DNA of 26,601 bases. It comes from Candidatus Velthaea sp. Its GTDB lineage: Bacteria > Vulcanimicrobiota > Vulcanimicrobiia > Vulcanimicrobiales > Vulcanimicrobiaceae. The stretch lies in assembly GCA_965214935.1 (NCBI GenBank), contig CBDCCS010000023.1:1-26601 (forward strand), written 5' to 3'. Of this stretch, positions 26,137-26,601 are shown piece by piece. Below the pieces are notes generated by a model that searched no databases, had not been told where the DNA came from, and saw only the letters and a program-made list of their open reading frames with translations. The translations under genes were made by a program, and so were the position numbers. The first letter of the stretch is position 1; every line of letters begins with the position of its first letter.

Positions 26137-26601
26137 TCGGCGTCGTCATCGTGGCGGCGTTAGTTGCGCTACTACAGATTGACTTCGCTCGCCAAGGCCG
26201 GCCCAGTCCCATCACGACAACGGTTACAACCGTTGCGACGTACGCCCAGCTTGCCGTCGCGACGATAACGAGCGGGCTGCGTAGCGGCTTTACAACGGTA
26301 GTCGACACGCCGCAACTTGCACGGGACAACGCTGTTTTGCGGACGCAGAACCGTCGCTTGCGCAACGAGAATCGCGAGCTGACGGAAACCCTGGCCCGGG
26401 TTCCGGCCGAACGCGACATCGCGCGCGCCGCCCAGCGTCATCCGGCTGGTATCGAAGCGACGGTCATCGGTTACGATCCCGAGGCGACCACGCACGTGAT
26501 AACGATCGATCGCGGGGCCCACGACCGGATTGCCCGTGACGACGGTGTGATTACCGGCGAGGGCGCCGTCGGACGCGTGATTGAGGTTGCACCGATTTCC
26601 A
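26088..26601 (+). CDS. mreC: Rod shape-determining protein MreC (partial, runs off the window)
   Basis: N-terminal TM LFAVIGVVIVAALVALL, coiled coil LARDNAVLRTQNRRLRNEN, then ATVIGYDP, ITIDRG and VITGEGAVGRV. Confidence 0.88.
   Translation, partial: MVSISTYRDERRLFAVIGVVIVAALVALLQIDFARQGRPSPITTTVTTVATYAQLAVATITSGLRSGFTTVVDTPQLARDNAVLRTQNRRLRNENRELTETLARVPAERDIARAAQRHPAGIEATVIGYDPEATTHVITIDRGAHDRIARDDGVITGEGAVGRVIEVAPIS

Overview
GC-rich bacterial chromosomal window from a diderm organism with Terrabacteria-like traits, possibly Eremiobacterota/Vulcanimicrobiota (inference only). The housekeeping blocks are: hisS-accB-gmhA-gmhB-rfaE1-rfaE2 (ADP-heptose synthesis, minus strand); fabF-rnc-smc-purH-small membrane protein, then gloA (minus); and rpmA-obgE-nadD-lysA and maf-mreB-mreC (plus). 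Between hisS and yqjG lies an accessory minus-strand cluster (4752-11506) that looks like a transition-metal (Ni/Co/Zn/Cu) uptake and regulation system. In order it holds a multi-pass membrane leader protein with CxxC and a C-terminal RAPP arrest motif, whose codons pair with the Shine-Dalgarno of the next gene; TonB-dependent receptor 2; a His-rich peptide coupled to a ribbon-helix-helix protein with a His/Cys C-terminal domain; TonB-dependent receptor 1 with a four-Cys loop insertion; and a second, paralogous His-rich peptide. Several single-base frameshifts, including in essential hisS and accB, are most likely sequencing or assembly indels. Other oddities are apparent non-AUG starts (nadD, maf), leaderless-type promoters, a Prp-type L27 extension without adjacent rplU/prp, and an MreB with an actin-like QAV motif.
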